Position numbers and translations under genes: made by a program | Shown: positions 13,928 to 26,375 of the stretch, in pieces | Position numbering within the stretch: position 1 is the first letter of the stretch | How the letters are laid out: every line of letters begins with the position of its first letter | From: Octopus sinensis | Lineage: Eukaryota | Length of the DNA: 64,000 bases | Assembly (NCBI RefSeq): GCF_006345805.1 | Contig: NC_042997.1 | Location: forward strand, 17,236,001 to 17,300,000 | Reading direction: 5' to 3' | The notes under the pieces: model-generated | Told to the model about the DNA's origin: nothing | What the model saw: the letters and a program-made list of their open reading frames with translations, nothing else | Databases searched by the model: none

Positions 13928-14559
13928 TGGAGAGAGGTTGGTACACAGGTCAAAATGATTAGCTGTAGTAATAGTTCCTGTATTTTTTGAGTGCAAATTG
14001 AACCAGATTCAACGTTACTGATTCATCCTTCTAGAGTTGATAAAATACCAGTCGAGTCCTGGTCTTAAATCAACTCACTCTCTTTTACTCCTTCAAAATG
14101 TGTGAACTTGAGACAAAATCAGAAACAGACAATCACAGGTAAGACTATACCTGTGATAACCACTGTCTACAGTAAACATATATATCTTTTTTTAATTTAG
14201 GAATAAGGCCGTCAACTTTAGCAGGAGAGGAAACAAATATATAGTTTTCTAGTACTTAATTGCTACTCCTTTTATCAACAATGGAAAGATGAAATAAAAG
14301 TTGTCCCCAAGGAATTCTTCCATTAGAACTCAGAAAATGCTGTATAATTCAGTGTATTTTACAAATATATTCTAGGGCTGAATATTTATAAGCTGCAAAT
14401 CAGAATTTTATGTGCCAAAACTTCAAAAGGATTTTGCAAAAAATTTAACAGTGAAAAAAAAAAATACAAATTGGAGGGACAGTGACTGCTGTTGTACATC
14501 CACCATTTTAAAAAGAGGAGGAGTGGGTGAAAAAGCCCCCAATACTGTGAAGTAATTCA

Positions 14560-15430
14560 TTTGCTCTGATTGTTTTGTGTCACCCATCCAAGCAGTCCAT
14601 AATGGTGTGACAGAATGAGTGACACATCAAAACAACATAACAGGTTTTCCAATCACTAACAGCTGAAAGCAAGAGGGTGTACCAGCCCCAACTTTGTTTT
14701 CTATGTTCCTTGCAGCTATGCATCATGAAATTCCATCTAACAACTCTGGTTTAGTGATTAAGTGCTACTTTGATGATGGACTCCACAATTTGTCTGGATT
14801 TCGATTACAAAGATTGATCATCAGCACTTGTGTCATTGAACTGAGTATGCAAATGGCAATGTCTCATCACCTCATTCACCTAAGTAAAATGGAGGAATTG
14901 GTCAATGACTTAAAAAATGCATATGGTTACTTTGGTCTGACAATTTTGTACAACCTGTTCCAAGTGCACATTTTCCTTTGTTTGACATCACTATCTCCAA
15001 AATATTACTGGAACAAGTAAGTCAGTTCCCATATCTTGGAAGCATTCTCTCCACACAATGAGAAAGGTATTAAGAGAAAAAAATTAAGCTGTCCATATAC
15101 TTTTATTTGTGTTTTTGGAAACTAGAACATGAAACTTCTAACCAAACTCATGGTGTTTCAATAACTATTTCTTTTCACCATACTTTATGGTAGTGAGATG
15201 TAGACTTTGTACCACTTGCACAGCTGAAAACTAGAATAATTTCATCAACACAAACTTCCATTAGTTATGAACATCAAATGGGAGAACTATATCAATATTT
15301 GTGCAGTCTTTGAATAGCCCAAAAGCAATAGTGTTGAGGATATTGTCATGAAACACTGTTTCAGATAGGCAGGTCATGTCCACTACATGGATTAGCTGCC
15401 TTGTCTTGATTGATTGATTGATTGATTGAT
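14560..15430 (+). mobile_element. Decayed RTE-BovB-like LINE (RT to 3' end, (GATT)n tail)
   Basis: FPITNS*KQEGVPAPTLFSMFLAAM...FDDGLHNLS...AYGYFGLTI matches the BovB-type GVKQGCVLAPTLFS...DGKLFNL...FGLTI pattern. Confidence 0.75.
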
Positions 15431-15866
15431 ACATACATACATACATACATACATACATACATACATACATACATACATACATACATACACACACACAAAC
15501 TCTCATATTTATATATGCTAAAGTACAAATAATTGTGCAAATGGGGGTAGGGGAAGAGTATTTAATATGTACTGACAGTTTTCTTCTATTTAAAGTGAGT
15601 TAACTTCATAATTGTGCCAAGTTAAGATCAGATGCTGGGAGTGGAAATCTCATATTTTTGTATTTTGCATGTGAGCATTTAGATGTATAATACATATTTT
15701 CTTTGTGGTTAGAATGCACAATAACACACACACGTGTATATACACAAAAAAGAAGTGGTATGAGATGTGAAACTTGAAGTCACAATCAACTGTAATATAT
15801 ATAATAAATTTGACCCTACTGCAAGTACTGAAACTTTCAATCAGAAAATATTTGTTGCTATTTCAT

Positions 15867-15917
<51 letters not shown>

Positions 15918-16487
15918 AGGTGTGTAATTATCTATGTATGTATACATATAAGTGTGTGTATATATATATTATATGGATATATCAGTTTATATAAAATGTC
16001 CTTGTACATTCTCCCATATAAGAATATGCATTTATCATAAGGTAATATGAATATGTGAATGTGTGTGTATATATAAACACACACATATATAGACATTTAC
16101 ATCTATATAAATGTACACACATATTCATATAGATATACATACACAGACACACACATACATATATATGTACATACATATATATGACAACTGCTTGGCAATA
16201 AACTTGATGAGTTATGACTAATATTTTGACTTTGAATACATTTATTGGTGCATAATTCTCCCTGTAGAATAAAGTATGAATAAAAATTGTTATTAATATC
16301 TCTGTATATGAGTTTTTATGTATTTTCAAAGTAAACCTTCTTCTCATGATACATAAATTCTTTAGATCGCCATAATGTGTTATTTTCTTTCAGTGGATAT
16401 GCATACTTCCACACATACACACAATACATATGTACGTATCTATATCACTCTATGTCTATATACAGATATATATGCACATATGCATAA

Positions 16488-16528
<41 letters not shown>

Positions 16529-16668
16529 TTATATACATGCATATATATATGCATTATATACATATATACATATAGGCATCATACATACATATATATATAT
16601 ATATATATTCATTATATATGTGCATATATATATATGCATTATATACATACACATATGCATCAATACAT

Positions 16669-16708
<40 letters not shown>

Positions 16709-16985
16709 AATTATAAACATATACACTCATGTGCATCTACACATACATATATATATATATATAAATCATATACATATATACATACATATGTGTGTGTATA
16801 TATATATAATGTATATCTATCTATCTATATACATACATAAATGCATATATATATGTGTATATATATATATATATATAATATGCATTTATGTATGAAATAT
16901 GAATAGTGAATTTCAAAGTCTTCTATATAGATACGTGGCAGCAGTTGCAACTGCTAGGAAAATTGTCTGAGCAGTAGTGGCTGCA

Positions 16986-17026
<41 letters not shown>

Positions 17027-17672
17027 CACCACCATCACCACCATCGCAACCAAGTGCACCACTACTACCTTTCCCCACAAACACTGCTGCAATCATTGTT
17101 GTCAGGCTTACAGCAGCCTCAACAGCAGGAACACTAGCAGTTAACATCTATAGCACTACGATTGTATGGAGGTAACCAATGAAACACTTCCACTGTATAG
17201 TTTTAGTTATTTCTTTGTCTTGTTTTCTTTTTAGTTTTTTTTTTACTAACTTTGATTTTTCTCCTTGTTAGAAATGCGGTAGTTTGTGCATGATCCACAT
17301 GCAAAAGAAGAATTTAGTTGCATTGAAAACAAGAATGTGAGAATATTTACCAAGAGCTTAATTCTTTGTAAATCCTGTCAAATATGTACTTTGTATATCC
17401 TAAACTTAGAACATATACAAAAAAGTTGAAGAATTATTTTCACCATCTAAAATATTCCAAATTCTGCTGGGTTTACCCTATTTCATATAAAATAAAGGCA
17501 TTTATGTATAAAGTACTGCTTTGTTGTGTTCTCATGTATTTGTATGTGTGTGCATGTTTGCATTATAATGCATATGTATGTGAATGTATGTATGTTTATA
17601 TATATTTATGTAAGTATATATAAATTTATGTATACATACATACATACATACATACATACATACATACATACA

Positions 17673-17748
<76 letters not shown>

Positions 17749-18199
17749 CACATATGCCTTTATACACACATAAAAAGGAGAATTGAGAATAAATATAATT
17801 GACATATATATTTTTTAAAAGATCTGTTCCAAATCTTTAATCCTAATTTGGTGGTCAGAAAGGTATTTGTAGAAGAAAACTTACTACACACTCTTCTACT
17901 ACTCTAACCTGACTGAAACCTAACTATCATGTGAATCATGTAGGCAATACTAATTAATGATCATAATGAATGAAGTACTAAATCAAAGGAAGAACATAGT
18001 ACTAGACAATATGAATGGGTGAAGCTTTGGGTTTACATGAATGAATAAGCAACTCTGTTTTATGGATTGACTCCTATTCTCTTGTACTTTTATACCTGAT
18101 TGCATATATGTCTGTTGGTCTAACTGTTCTTTATTGGTTGCATTCACAGAACTGTAACTATACAAAGGCTTTGTCTTGAAGGTTTTAGTTAATCATATT

Positions 18200-19528
18200 G
18201 ATGGCCCTGCTTAATCTGTAGAAAAGGCATAGGTAGAAACTCCATAAGATGTACCTAGTGTAAACTATGGATACATAAGAGGCGCAGCAATATCAAGGGA
18301 AGGTTAACTGGGAAGATAGTTTTTGTGTGTGGCAGATGCACAGGTGCATTAAACACTGAAGATGTACAGAAAACAGATTCCATCACATGCAAAGGGAAAA
18401 AACTAGAATTAGATGATAGCTTCTGTTACCTAGGTGACCAAGTTAGTAACAGGGATGGATGCTCTGAGAGCGTAGCTGCTAGAATAAGAATAGCCTGGGC
18501 AAAGTTCAGAGAGCTCCTACCTCTGCTGGTAACAAAGGGCCTCTCCTTCAGAGTGAAAGGTAGACTGTATGATAACTGTGCAAACAGCCATTCTAGATGA
18601 AAGTAAAACATGAGCTGGGACTGCTGAAGACGTGTGTAGGCTGAAAAGAAATGAGGCTAGTATGCTTCACTGGATGTGTAATGTCAGTGTGCATACATGA
18701 CAGAGTGTAAGCATCCTGAGAGAAATGTTGGACATAATAAGCATCAGATGGTGTGTGGAAGAGGGACAACTGCCCTGGTATGGTCAGGTGTTGTGTGTGG
18801 ATGAGGATAGCTGTGTGAAGAAGTGCCACACCCTAACAGGGGAAGAAGTAGAACCAGAAAAACATAGGATGAGGTAGTGAAGCCTGACCTTCAAATGCTG
18901 GGCCTCTCAGAGGCAATGACAAGCGACCGAGACCTTTGCTTGAGAAGACCCTGCAAGCCAAGTGAGATTGTAGCTGTGGCCGATGCCAGTGTTACATAAC
19001 TGGCTCATTTAAAAGAACTTTTCAATCGTCAGGCAATATGCTGTGCTTATGAAGACCTGTTAAACCAAGTGAAATCGTAGCTGCGACTGATGCCAATGCC
19101 TCCTGACTGGCACCCATGCCGGTGGCACATAAAAAGCACCATTCAAGCATGGGCGATGCCAGTGCTGCCTGACTATCATGTAAAAAGCCCCCTTCGAGCA
19201 TGGCTGATGCCAGTGTTGCCTGACTGGTTCCTGTGCTGGTGGCACATAAAAAGCACCATTTGAGAGTAGCCAATCTCAGTGCTACCTGACTGGCACCTGT
19301 GTCGGTGGCATGAAAAAAGCACCATTTGAGTGTGGTAGATGCCAGTACCTCCTGACTGGCTCACATGCCAGTGGCATGTAAAATGCATCCACTACACTCT
19401 TGGGGTGGTTGGTGTTAGGAAGGGCATTCAGCTGTAGATTGGAACCTGGTGCAGCCTCCTGGCTTGCCAGTCAAACCGTTCAACCCATGCCAGAATGGAA
19501 AGCGAATGTTAAGCAATGATGATGATGA
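18200..19528 (+). mobile_element. 5'-truncated RTE LINE with PHD-like finger, RT C-terminus and 3' UTR
   Basis: CLIC...CT*C..WIHKR...CGRC, then LELDDSFCYLGDQ...ARIRIAWAKFRELLPLL...VKGRLY and EASMLHWMCNV. Ends in a (GAT)n tail. Confidence 0.9.
19089..19389 (+). repeat. ~66-bp tandem array (5 units) in RTE 3' UTR
   Basis: Units start near 19089, 19155 (internally deleted), 19206, 19272 and 19338. Approximate consensus gatgccagtgcYgcctgactggcNccygtgccggtggcacataaaaagcaccattYgagYrtggY. Confidence 0.9.
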
Positions 19529-20042
19529 CCCCACTATCTATTTCATGCAGATACTTATTTTATCAATATCTATTTGTGGAACTGCTAAGTTACTGAATAT
19601 AATAGGTCACAACATAAACAACATTGGTTTTTAAACTAGTTTAAAGATAAGCACATAAATATATGCATTCAGTTACTCGGTGATAATCACATACACACAT
19701 GCAAAGGTATATATAGGAAGAAAGAGAGAGAGAGGGGGGTAGAGAAAGAGAAGGAAAAAGAGGGAGTGGGAAAGGGAGAGAGAGAGTGGGAGAGGGGGAG
19801 AGAGAGATGGGCTCTGCCTGTTTAGATGCCCAAGACACCACTTGTCATGACAGTGCCCTTCTGACACCTTTTTGAATAGAGGCCCAAGCAAGGCACGTAT
19901 GTATGTGTGCATATGTGTAGGTGTATGTGTGTGCGTGTGTTTTATGCATAAAATACATATATCTATATCTGTCTCTATATACATATACTTATTTAATAAC
20001 ACCAATTAAAACTGAAATTTGTATATGTATGTGCTTAGAACC

Positions 20043-20083
<41 letters not shown>

Positions 20084-20242
20084 TTTTTTTTTTTCTTCTT
20101 TCAAATTTTCTTCCATTTCTTGCCGAGTGTCTTCCCGACTCCTAGGGCAAAGAAACTCATAGTGTATATTGGTAGGCCATTAAACCAAACTCAGTAGTTC
20201 GTTCATTATTATTATCATTTTTCTTCTTCTTATTATTATTTA

Positions 20243-20452
20243 AGGAAATGAGCTGGTAGAATCATTACTGCCCTGGGCAAAATGCTTAGAAGCATTTCGT
20301 CTATCTTTACATTCTGAGTTCACATTACAACAACTTTGCCTTTTATCCTTTTGGGGTTGATAAATTATGTATCAGTGAAACAATGTGTTTGATGTAAACA
20401 ACTAGTCACCTTCCTCAAAATTTCAGGCCTTGAACCTTTAGTAAAAAGGATT
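20243..20452 (+). mobile_element. SINE family S1
   Basis: gagctggtagaatcatt...ctttgccttttatccttttggggttgataaa...caggccttg. Confidence 0.8.
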
Positions 20453-22081
20453 GTAATTACTCTTATCAACTTTACCAAGTGTATTGAATACTCTTCCCTT
20501 GTATACATACATGTGTATATGTGTGTGTGCATGTGTGTATTACACACACATACATATACAAACATACACACACATGCATAGCTGTATGTGTGTGTCTGCA
20601 TTTACATACATACCTGTGTATAAGGTGGTGCTGTTAATGTTGTGTCACATTGTATTTGCAAACTTTGCAGTTACGCAAAAAGAAATCAATAAAATAGGTA
20701 ACTGACTGAAATGGGAACTAAGGTTGATATGATCAAACCCTTGAAAGCAGTGTCCTAGTTTAACTCCTGTGTAATAATTGAAAATCAAATGACAGATAAG
20801 TATATACATGTGTGCATACATACATACATATATATATACAAACATACATACATGCGTATGTATGTATAGGTAGACAGATAGATAAATATAGATACATATA
20901 TGTATGTATATCTATATGCATACACTAGGATACACATAGACAATTTATCTATGTAAATGTCTCAAATGTTTCAAATAATATACTTTAAATGAAATAGTAG
21001 TACATTACCAAAATGTTATTTCTTTTTTTATATTCTTTTGCCGAAGGAACATTTTCTCATTCAATTAACATATTTCTCTAAACTCAAATGCGATATCTTT
21101 TCCTCTCTTTATGTACACTAAAATATCTCTTAACTAACGCACACGTGTGTGCACTTGCATTTTGGCATGTATATATGTTGTTTCTATGTTTTTTGCATTT
21201 GTATGCATTTTAGTGTATGTGTACATTGAATAATACACGTCTGTTATGCATCACGAGAAATGCTTAAGCTAATTGTGTCATGCATGTGCACAACTGCAGT
21301 CTACGTTTTCTTCATGAAGAACACACATTGTCACGTTTACTGAAGATTAACACAGCAGGTAGCTATGCACACTCTCACTTAGAAGTTCATGTTATTATTA
21401 GATAGCCGTGTGACAATGTGGCAACCTGACACACTTAAAGACACTTAAACTTGGGAAAACATGTCTCTTTCCTCAACTCAGTCTTATATGGGGGTAATAT
21501 GACACAATTGTTCACACTATCCATATACTTTGGATGTACCAAGTGGTTTTCCTTTGCTGAATATATTTCTTATTTCTGTTCATTTCTCATAAATATCGGT
21601 CATGATTAATCATATGCAAAATGATGGCAGTTTCTATTTCATTGCATTTGTTTCTAGGTTAGAATGTAATTTTAATCAATACTGAAATTAAATTACATAC
21701 ATATAAAAAAAATGTAGAATGTAGAAGTAGAACAAAATTTTCCTTTTAAACATAGTTATTCTATGTATATATGTTATATCATTCATGTTATCATCACCAT
21801 TGCTGCTATATTCAACATCATCTCCACCATCAAAACTGTTGCTGGCATCCCTTCCCCATCATCATAATAATCAGTATCATTATCAACAACATCAGTCTAA
21901 TGAGTGAAACTCTTTATGACTGCTCAACCCCATTATTTTCATAATCTTTCTTTGAACTTTTCTACATCTATCTTGCATTACATTTCTTGACTGTCTCTGC
22001 AAATATCAATATATTTTTATCTTCATAAGAAATATCGAGAAAACAGATATTAATGCTGAATAAGTATAATTTGTTTTTACA

Positions 22082-22181
22082 TAATAATAATAATAATAAT
22101 GATGATGATAATGATGATGATGATGATGATGACGATGATGATGACAATAATAACAACAACAACAACAACAAAAATAATAAC

Positions 22182-22223
<42 letters not shown>
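22082..22223. repeat. Compound (TAA)/(TGA)/(CAA) microsatellite
   Basis: Directly visible. Confidence 0.95.
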
Positions 22224-22224
<1 letters not shown>

Positions 22225-22228
<4 letters not shown>

Positions 22229-23083
22229 CTTAAAGAGGAAAAGAACACAAAAAAGAAACTGCATGGAAGGAGAAAAAATATTGGGTCAGTTTGCAAGAGA
22301 TATGAATGCCAAGGCAGATACAGAAGACTGGTGGCTTTGGATGAGGAGGAGTGACTCAAAGATAGAGAAAGAAGTGCTTATATGTGCAGCACAAGAACAA
22401 ACATTAAGGACTAACTATGTGAAGTGCAGAATTGACAACACTACCAATAGTGACAAATGCAGAATGTGTGGTGAGAGGGGTGAAATGGTATGGCCCATTA
22501 TTACAAAAGATGACATGACAATGTGGCAAGAATGATCAATTAGGAGCTCTAAGGAAATCACGGCCTACAAAGAGCAAAGTCATGATTTGAGAAAACTCTA
22601 GAAAGAGTCACTGAGAATGAAGATTGCAAAATCCTGTGAGATGCAATGATTCAGTGTGACCACCTAATCAGACATTGCAAACCAGACATTGTTGTGGTGA
22701 ATTAAAAAGAAAGAACTTGCATGATAATTGACATTGCATATCCTGGTGAGAACAGGATCAAAGAGACAGAAGAAAAACTGAACAACTACAACAATTTGAA
22801 GTGGGAAATACGAAGGTTGTGGTCAATGAGGAGAGTAGACATGATACCAGTAGTAACTAGTGCACTTGGAAGTATCAGCACTCAACCACCAACAAGGCTA
22901 GAAATGATTGGTACAAATGTAAGGATAGAACACCTACAAAAATCAGCATTGCTTGGAACTGCAAGAATTCTTTGCAGGGTTCTTGAAGCATGACCAGTAA
23001 ACAAGTGTCATCTTAGTCTGCTGGGTGAGGACAGCTGACACTTTCCATCATATCCAACAAAATAAGCTGAGAATTTTCATCAA
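22225..23083 (+). mobile_element. Dong-like (R4 clade) RLE LINE 3' fragment within (TAA)n
   Basis: GQFAR, LICAAQEQTLRTNY, DKCRMCGERGE, HDNVAR, KPDIVVV..CMIIDIAYPG..EKL..Y and LQKSALLGTARIL. TAA repeats on both sides. Confidence 0.92.
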
Positions 23084-23111
23084 ATAATTATAATAATAAT
23101 CATAATAATAA

Positions 23112-23321
23112 TCCTTTCTACTATATGCACAAGGCCTGAAACTTGGGCGAGGGGGATGGTCGATTACGTCGACCAGAGTGCTCAACTGGTACTTAATATA
23201 TCGACCTCAAAGGATGAAAACCAAAGTTGACCACGTGGAATTTGAACTCAGAATGTAGCAGCAGATGAAATACAGCTAAACATTTCACCCAGCATGCTAA
23301 TGATTCTGCCAGTTTGCTGCC
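23112..23321 (-). mobile_element. SINE family S1
   Basis: Full reverse-complement S1 between two Dong-like fragments. Confidence 0.88.
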
Positions 23322-23326
23322 TTGAT

Positions 23327-23382
<56 letters not shown>

Positions 23383-23384
23383 TT

Positions 23385-23928
23385 TCAAACAATAACATGA
23401 ACAAGAAAGTATCACCGAGAACAAGAAATATAAGATACTGTGGGATTTTACAATCCATTGTGACACCATCATTGAGGCTTGGAAACCAGATATTGTTGTG
23501 GTAGATAAGGGAAAAAAGGAAACTGAGATCATAGATATTGCAATACCTGGAGATACATGCATAAGTGACATAGAATTAGAAGAGATTGAAAAGTACAGAC
23601 TACTAAAAGATGAAATTGCAAGAATGAGGACTATGAAGAGAGTGTCTGTCATTCCAATAGTTGTAGGGGCACTTGGAGCATTAACAACCAAGTTTGAGAA
23701 ATATGTCAGAGAAATTGGAATTGACATGAGAACAGAGCAAGCCCAAAAAACTGCTCTGCTGGGGACAGCTAGGATTTTGAAATTGGCACCTGGATGTTGA
23801 ATGTCACCCATGATAATTAGCAACCAAGTATCAAAGCTTATAATGTATGGAAAGTGACCCTGTGAGACCTCTGACAGCAGGCTGCTGTCAGCTCTCACAG
23901 AATCTACCGGAACAAACAAGACTGAACG
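23385..23928 (+). mobile_element. Second, divergent Dong-like RLE LINE 3' fragment
   Basis: KILWDF...KPDIVVVDK..EIIDIAIPGD...IEKYRLLKDEI...VIPIVVGALG...QKTALLGTARIL. Its 3' UTR differs from 22225-23083. (TAA)n upstream, (TGA)n/(TAA)n tail. Confidence 0.92.
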
Positions 23929-23959
<31 letters not shown>

Positions 23960-23978
23960 AATAATAATGATAATAATG

Positions 23979-24130
23979 AAATTTTGAGGAGAGGAGACAA
24001 GATGATTACATTGATCCCAGTGCTCAATTGATACTTATTTTATCAATCCTGAAAAAAATGGAAGGCAAAGTTGATCTTAGCAGGATTTGAGCTGAATAAA
24101 GAGACAGAAGAAATACTGCTATGCATTTTC
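23979..24130 (-). mobile_element. SINE family S1 (partial)
   Basis: gattacattgatcccagtgctcaattgatactt...aaggcaaagttgatc is the reverse-complement S1 core. Confidence 0.7.
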
Positions 24131-24289
24131 AAGAACAGCTACCTCTCAGCCCATTTCTTGAGAAACAGGCCACCATACTAGTAAACTTCTTTCAGTTCCT
24201 ATCCATCAGGAAGTTTGGTTTGCATATATCCTCAAGTATTTAGACTGACAGTTTAGTGACCACAACACTGATTAGCATGACCTTCTCTC

Positions 24290-24750
24290 TCTAGGTGTTG
24301 AGATGCAAGCCAACTGAATTGTCTTTAGTTAATGTATTCTCCTTTAACTACTTTGTATTTTATCAGCATGGTGACAACTACATTAAGTTCTTTGCTGTCC
24401 AACACAATCACAGTTATTTCATTTGCATATGCAAACATATTCTTCTCACATTCTAATTGAAATAAGATGCTTGTAAGCACCTCACACTTCCAAGGCAATG
24501 ACTCAAGAGCCAAACATACAAAATGGATAAGAGAGAACACCTATGACAGATCGTGCAATTGATTCAAAATGGTTCTAGCCATGACCATTTATACTAGCCA
24601 CTGAGCAGATGCTGCTGTACACAGAAGCACTCCATCCTCTAAAAAAAGAAAGGATGAAAACTGAGCTCTCAAATGGCAGTCATCAAGTACCAACGGTCAA
24701 CTCTAAACAAGTCTGGGTTGATTCAAGTAAATCAGAGCCTTATTGAGGCC
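24290..24750 (-). mobile_element. Decayed L1/Tx1-type reverse transcriptase fragment
   Basis: ALIYLNQ...RVDRWYL (cf. LDQSKAFDRVDH), LEPF, and LALESL...FAYANEITVIV...KYKVVKGEYIN (cf. AYADDIT...YE..TGAKIN). Confidence 0.7.
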
Positions 24751-26144
24751 AATTTTATTATGTAACTTTCCTATGTACCATATGAGGCAGAGTTTGTGGA
24801 TAGATAGGCTGGAAATTACTCTTTTCTGTACTTTTGACTAAATTACCAATAACAAGCACCAATATCTTCATAAATACCTTAGTCAAATTATAAGAGCAAT
24901 AATAACAATCAATTTAATTAGTACCAGTGTTGCTTTTTACGTTTGCTTTTGTTTTTCAATATTATCTTGCAAAAAAGTCTTTATATTGTAAATATAAGGA
25001 AACCCCATTATTATTATTATTATTTGATTATATATATATATACAAACATACATCATGCATACATGCATACATATATGTGTGTATATATATATATATATCA
25101 GTAAGTTTATGAAAAATGTTCTTAATTTAAAATTATTTTTAAGACTATTAATAGTGTTCCATTTAAACTATTCTCAGAGTGCATTCATTCTAGATTGAAA
25201 TAATAAATTCAATTTGTATCAGCAGCACATTGAAATTATATTTAGAGTGAATAACTTTCATGAGACAAGTGTTGTTCTTTTATTTATAATTTCTGTTGAA
25301 TTTGTATTTGTGTCTGTTATAATGGCTTTATTATCATTATAATATGTCTTAACATCATCATTATTGTCACTAAGAAGATTCAATGGCTGTGTAATTAAGT
25401 TAAGGTTTATTGATCACAGAGTCATATGTTCAGATCTGACTGGTACTATTGTGCTGTCCCTCTGAACAAGGCACAAGAGTCTGCTTGCTTCAAATTGATG
25501 AATAATAAAAATCCCTTCACTATGAATGACATGAAACTGTAAAAATCCTTCTGTTACAATGAATTAACTATTCTGTTCATGCAGGCATTAGAAAATGAAT
25601 TTGGAAAGAATTTTCCCTGTAAGTTCTCGTTTTAACAATATATTTTATCCACAACAACTATTAAAGAAAAAACACTTAAGCATCATGCAGTCTCATATCT
25701 AAATATGCTATAAATATTAAAGGCTTGGTGCCTATTTACCCTTAATAAAAAAACTGAACTGATAATTTTTGTGCAAAGAGTAGCAGTTGATATACTTTTC
25801 TTCAACTACTGAAGATTCTCATTTATATATATTATAGAATTTCAAATAACACCAATATTCTTTTAGCATTTTATAAAGGTGGCTCCATTTTTTATAGACA
25901 AATATTTGTAGAATATGTTTCCAAAGATAAAAATTTTTTCCTTGGTTTCTGGTATCATTTTTTAATGGTTTATTCAGTAGAAAGGGCAGTGCTTGTAAAC
26001 TTCCCATATCCTTCATGACTAAAATTTGATGCCAAGCATTGATTGTATTACAAGCTTCTGCTCTTTCTGTCTTTTGAGCAACAAAACTTATCTAATGATA
26101 CTATTCATTTATGTTTTCTTTATGTTTATAAATATATATATAAA

Positions 26145-26375
26145 GGCGGTGAGCTGGTAGAAACGTTAGCATGCCGGGTGAAATGCTTAGCAGTATTTTG
26201 TCTGCTGCTATGTTCTGAGTTCAAATTCTGCTGAGGTCGACTTTTCATCTTTTCGAGGTAGATAAATTAAGTACCAGTTACGAACTGGGGTCGATGTAAT
26301 CGACTTAATCCCTTTGGCTGTCCTTGTTTGTCCCCTCTATGTTTAGCCCCTTGTGGGCAATAAAGAAATAAGAAA
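26145..26375 (+). mobile_element. Well-preserved SINE S1 with alternative 3' tail
   Basis: ggcggtgagctggtagaaacgttagc...gagttcaaattc...ctggggtcgatgtaatcgactta, then tail ...gccccttgtgggcaataaagaaata. CpGs are retained. Confidence 0.9.

Noticed and set aside
16923-17170. GC-richer Ser/Thr/Gly ORFs resembling an exon
   Set aside because: Trinucleotide low-complexity sequence (ACT/ACC/GCA); all three frames from the nearest plus-strand acceptor hit stops.
19089-19389. CRISPR-like appearance of the hairpin-bearing repeat array
   Set aside because: No unique spacers and no cas genes; it is a tandem repeat in a eukaryotic LINE UTR.
23326-24027. 233-aa minus-strand ORF
   Set aside because: Antisense shadow of the Dong-like relic plus microsatellites.
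26145-26235. tRNA gene
   Set aside because: Only A/B-box-like motifs with no cloverleaf; it is a SINE head.
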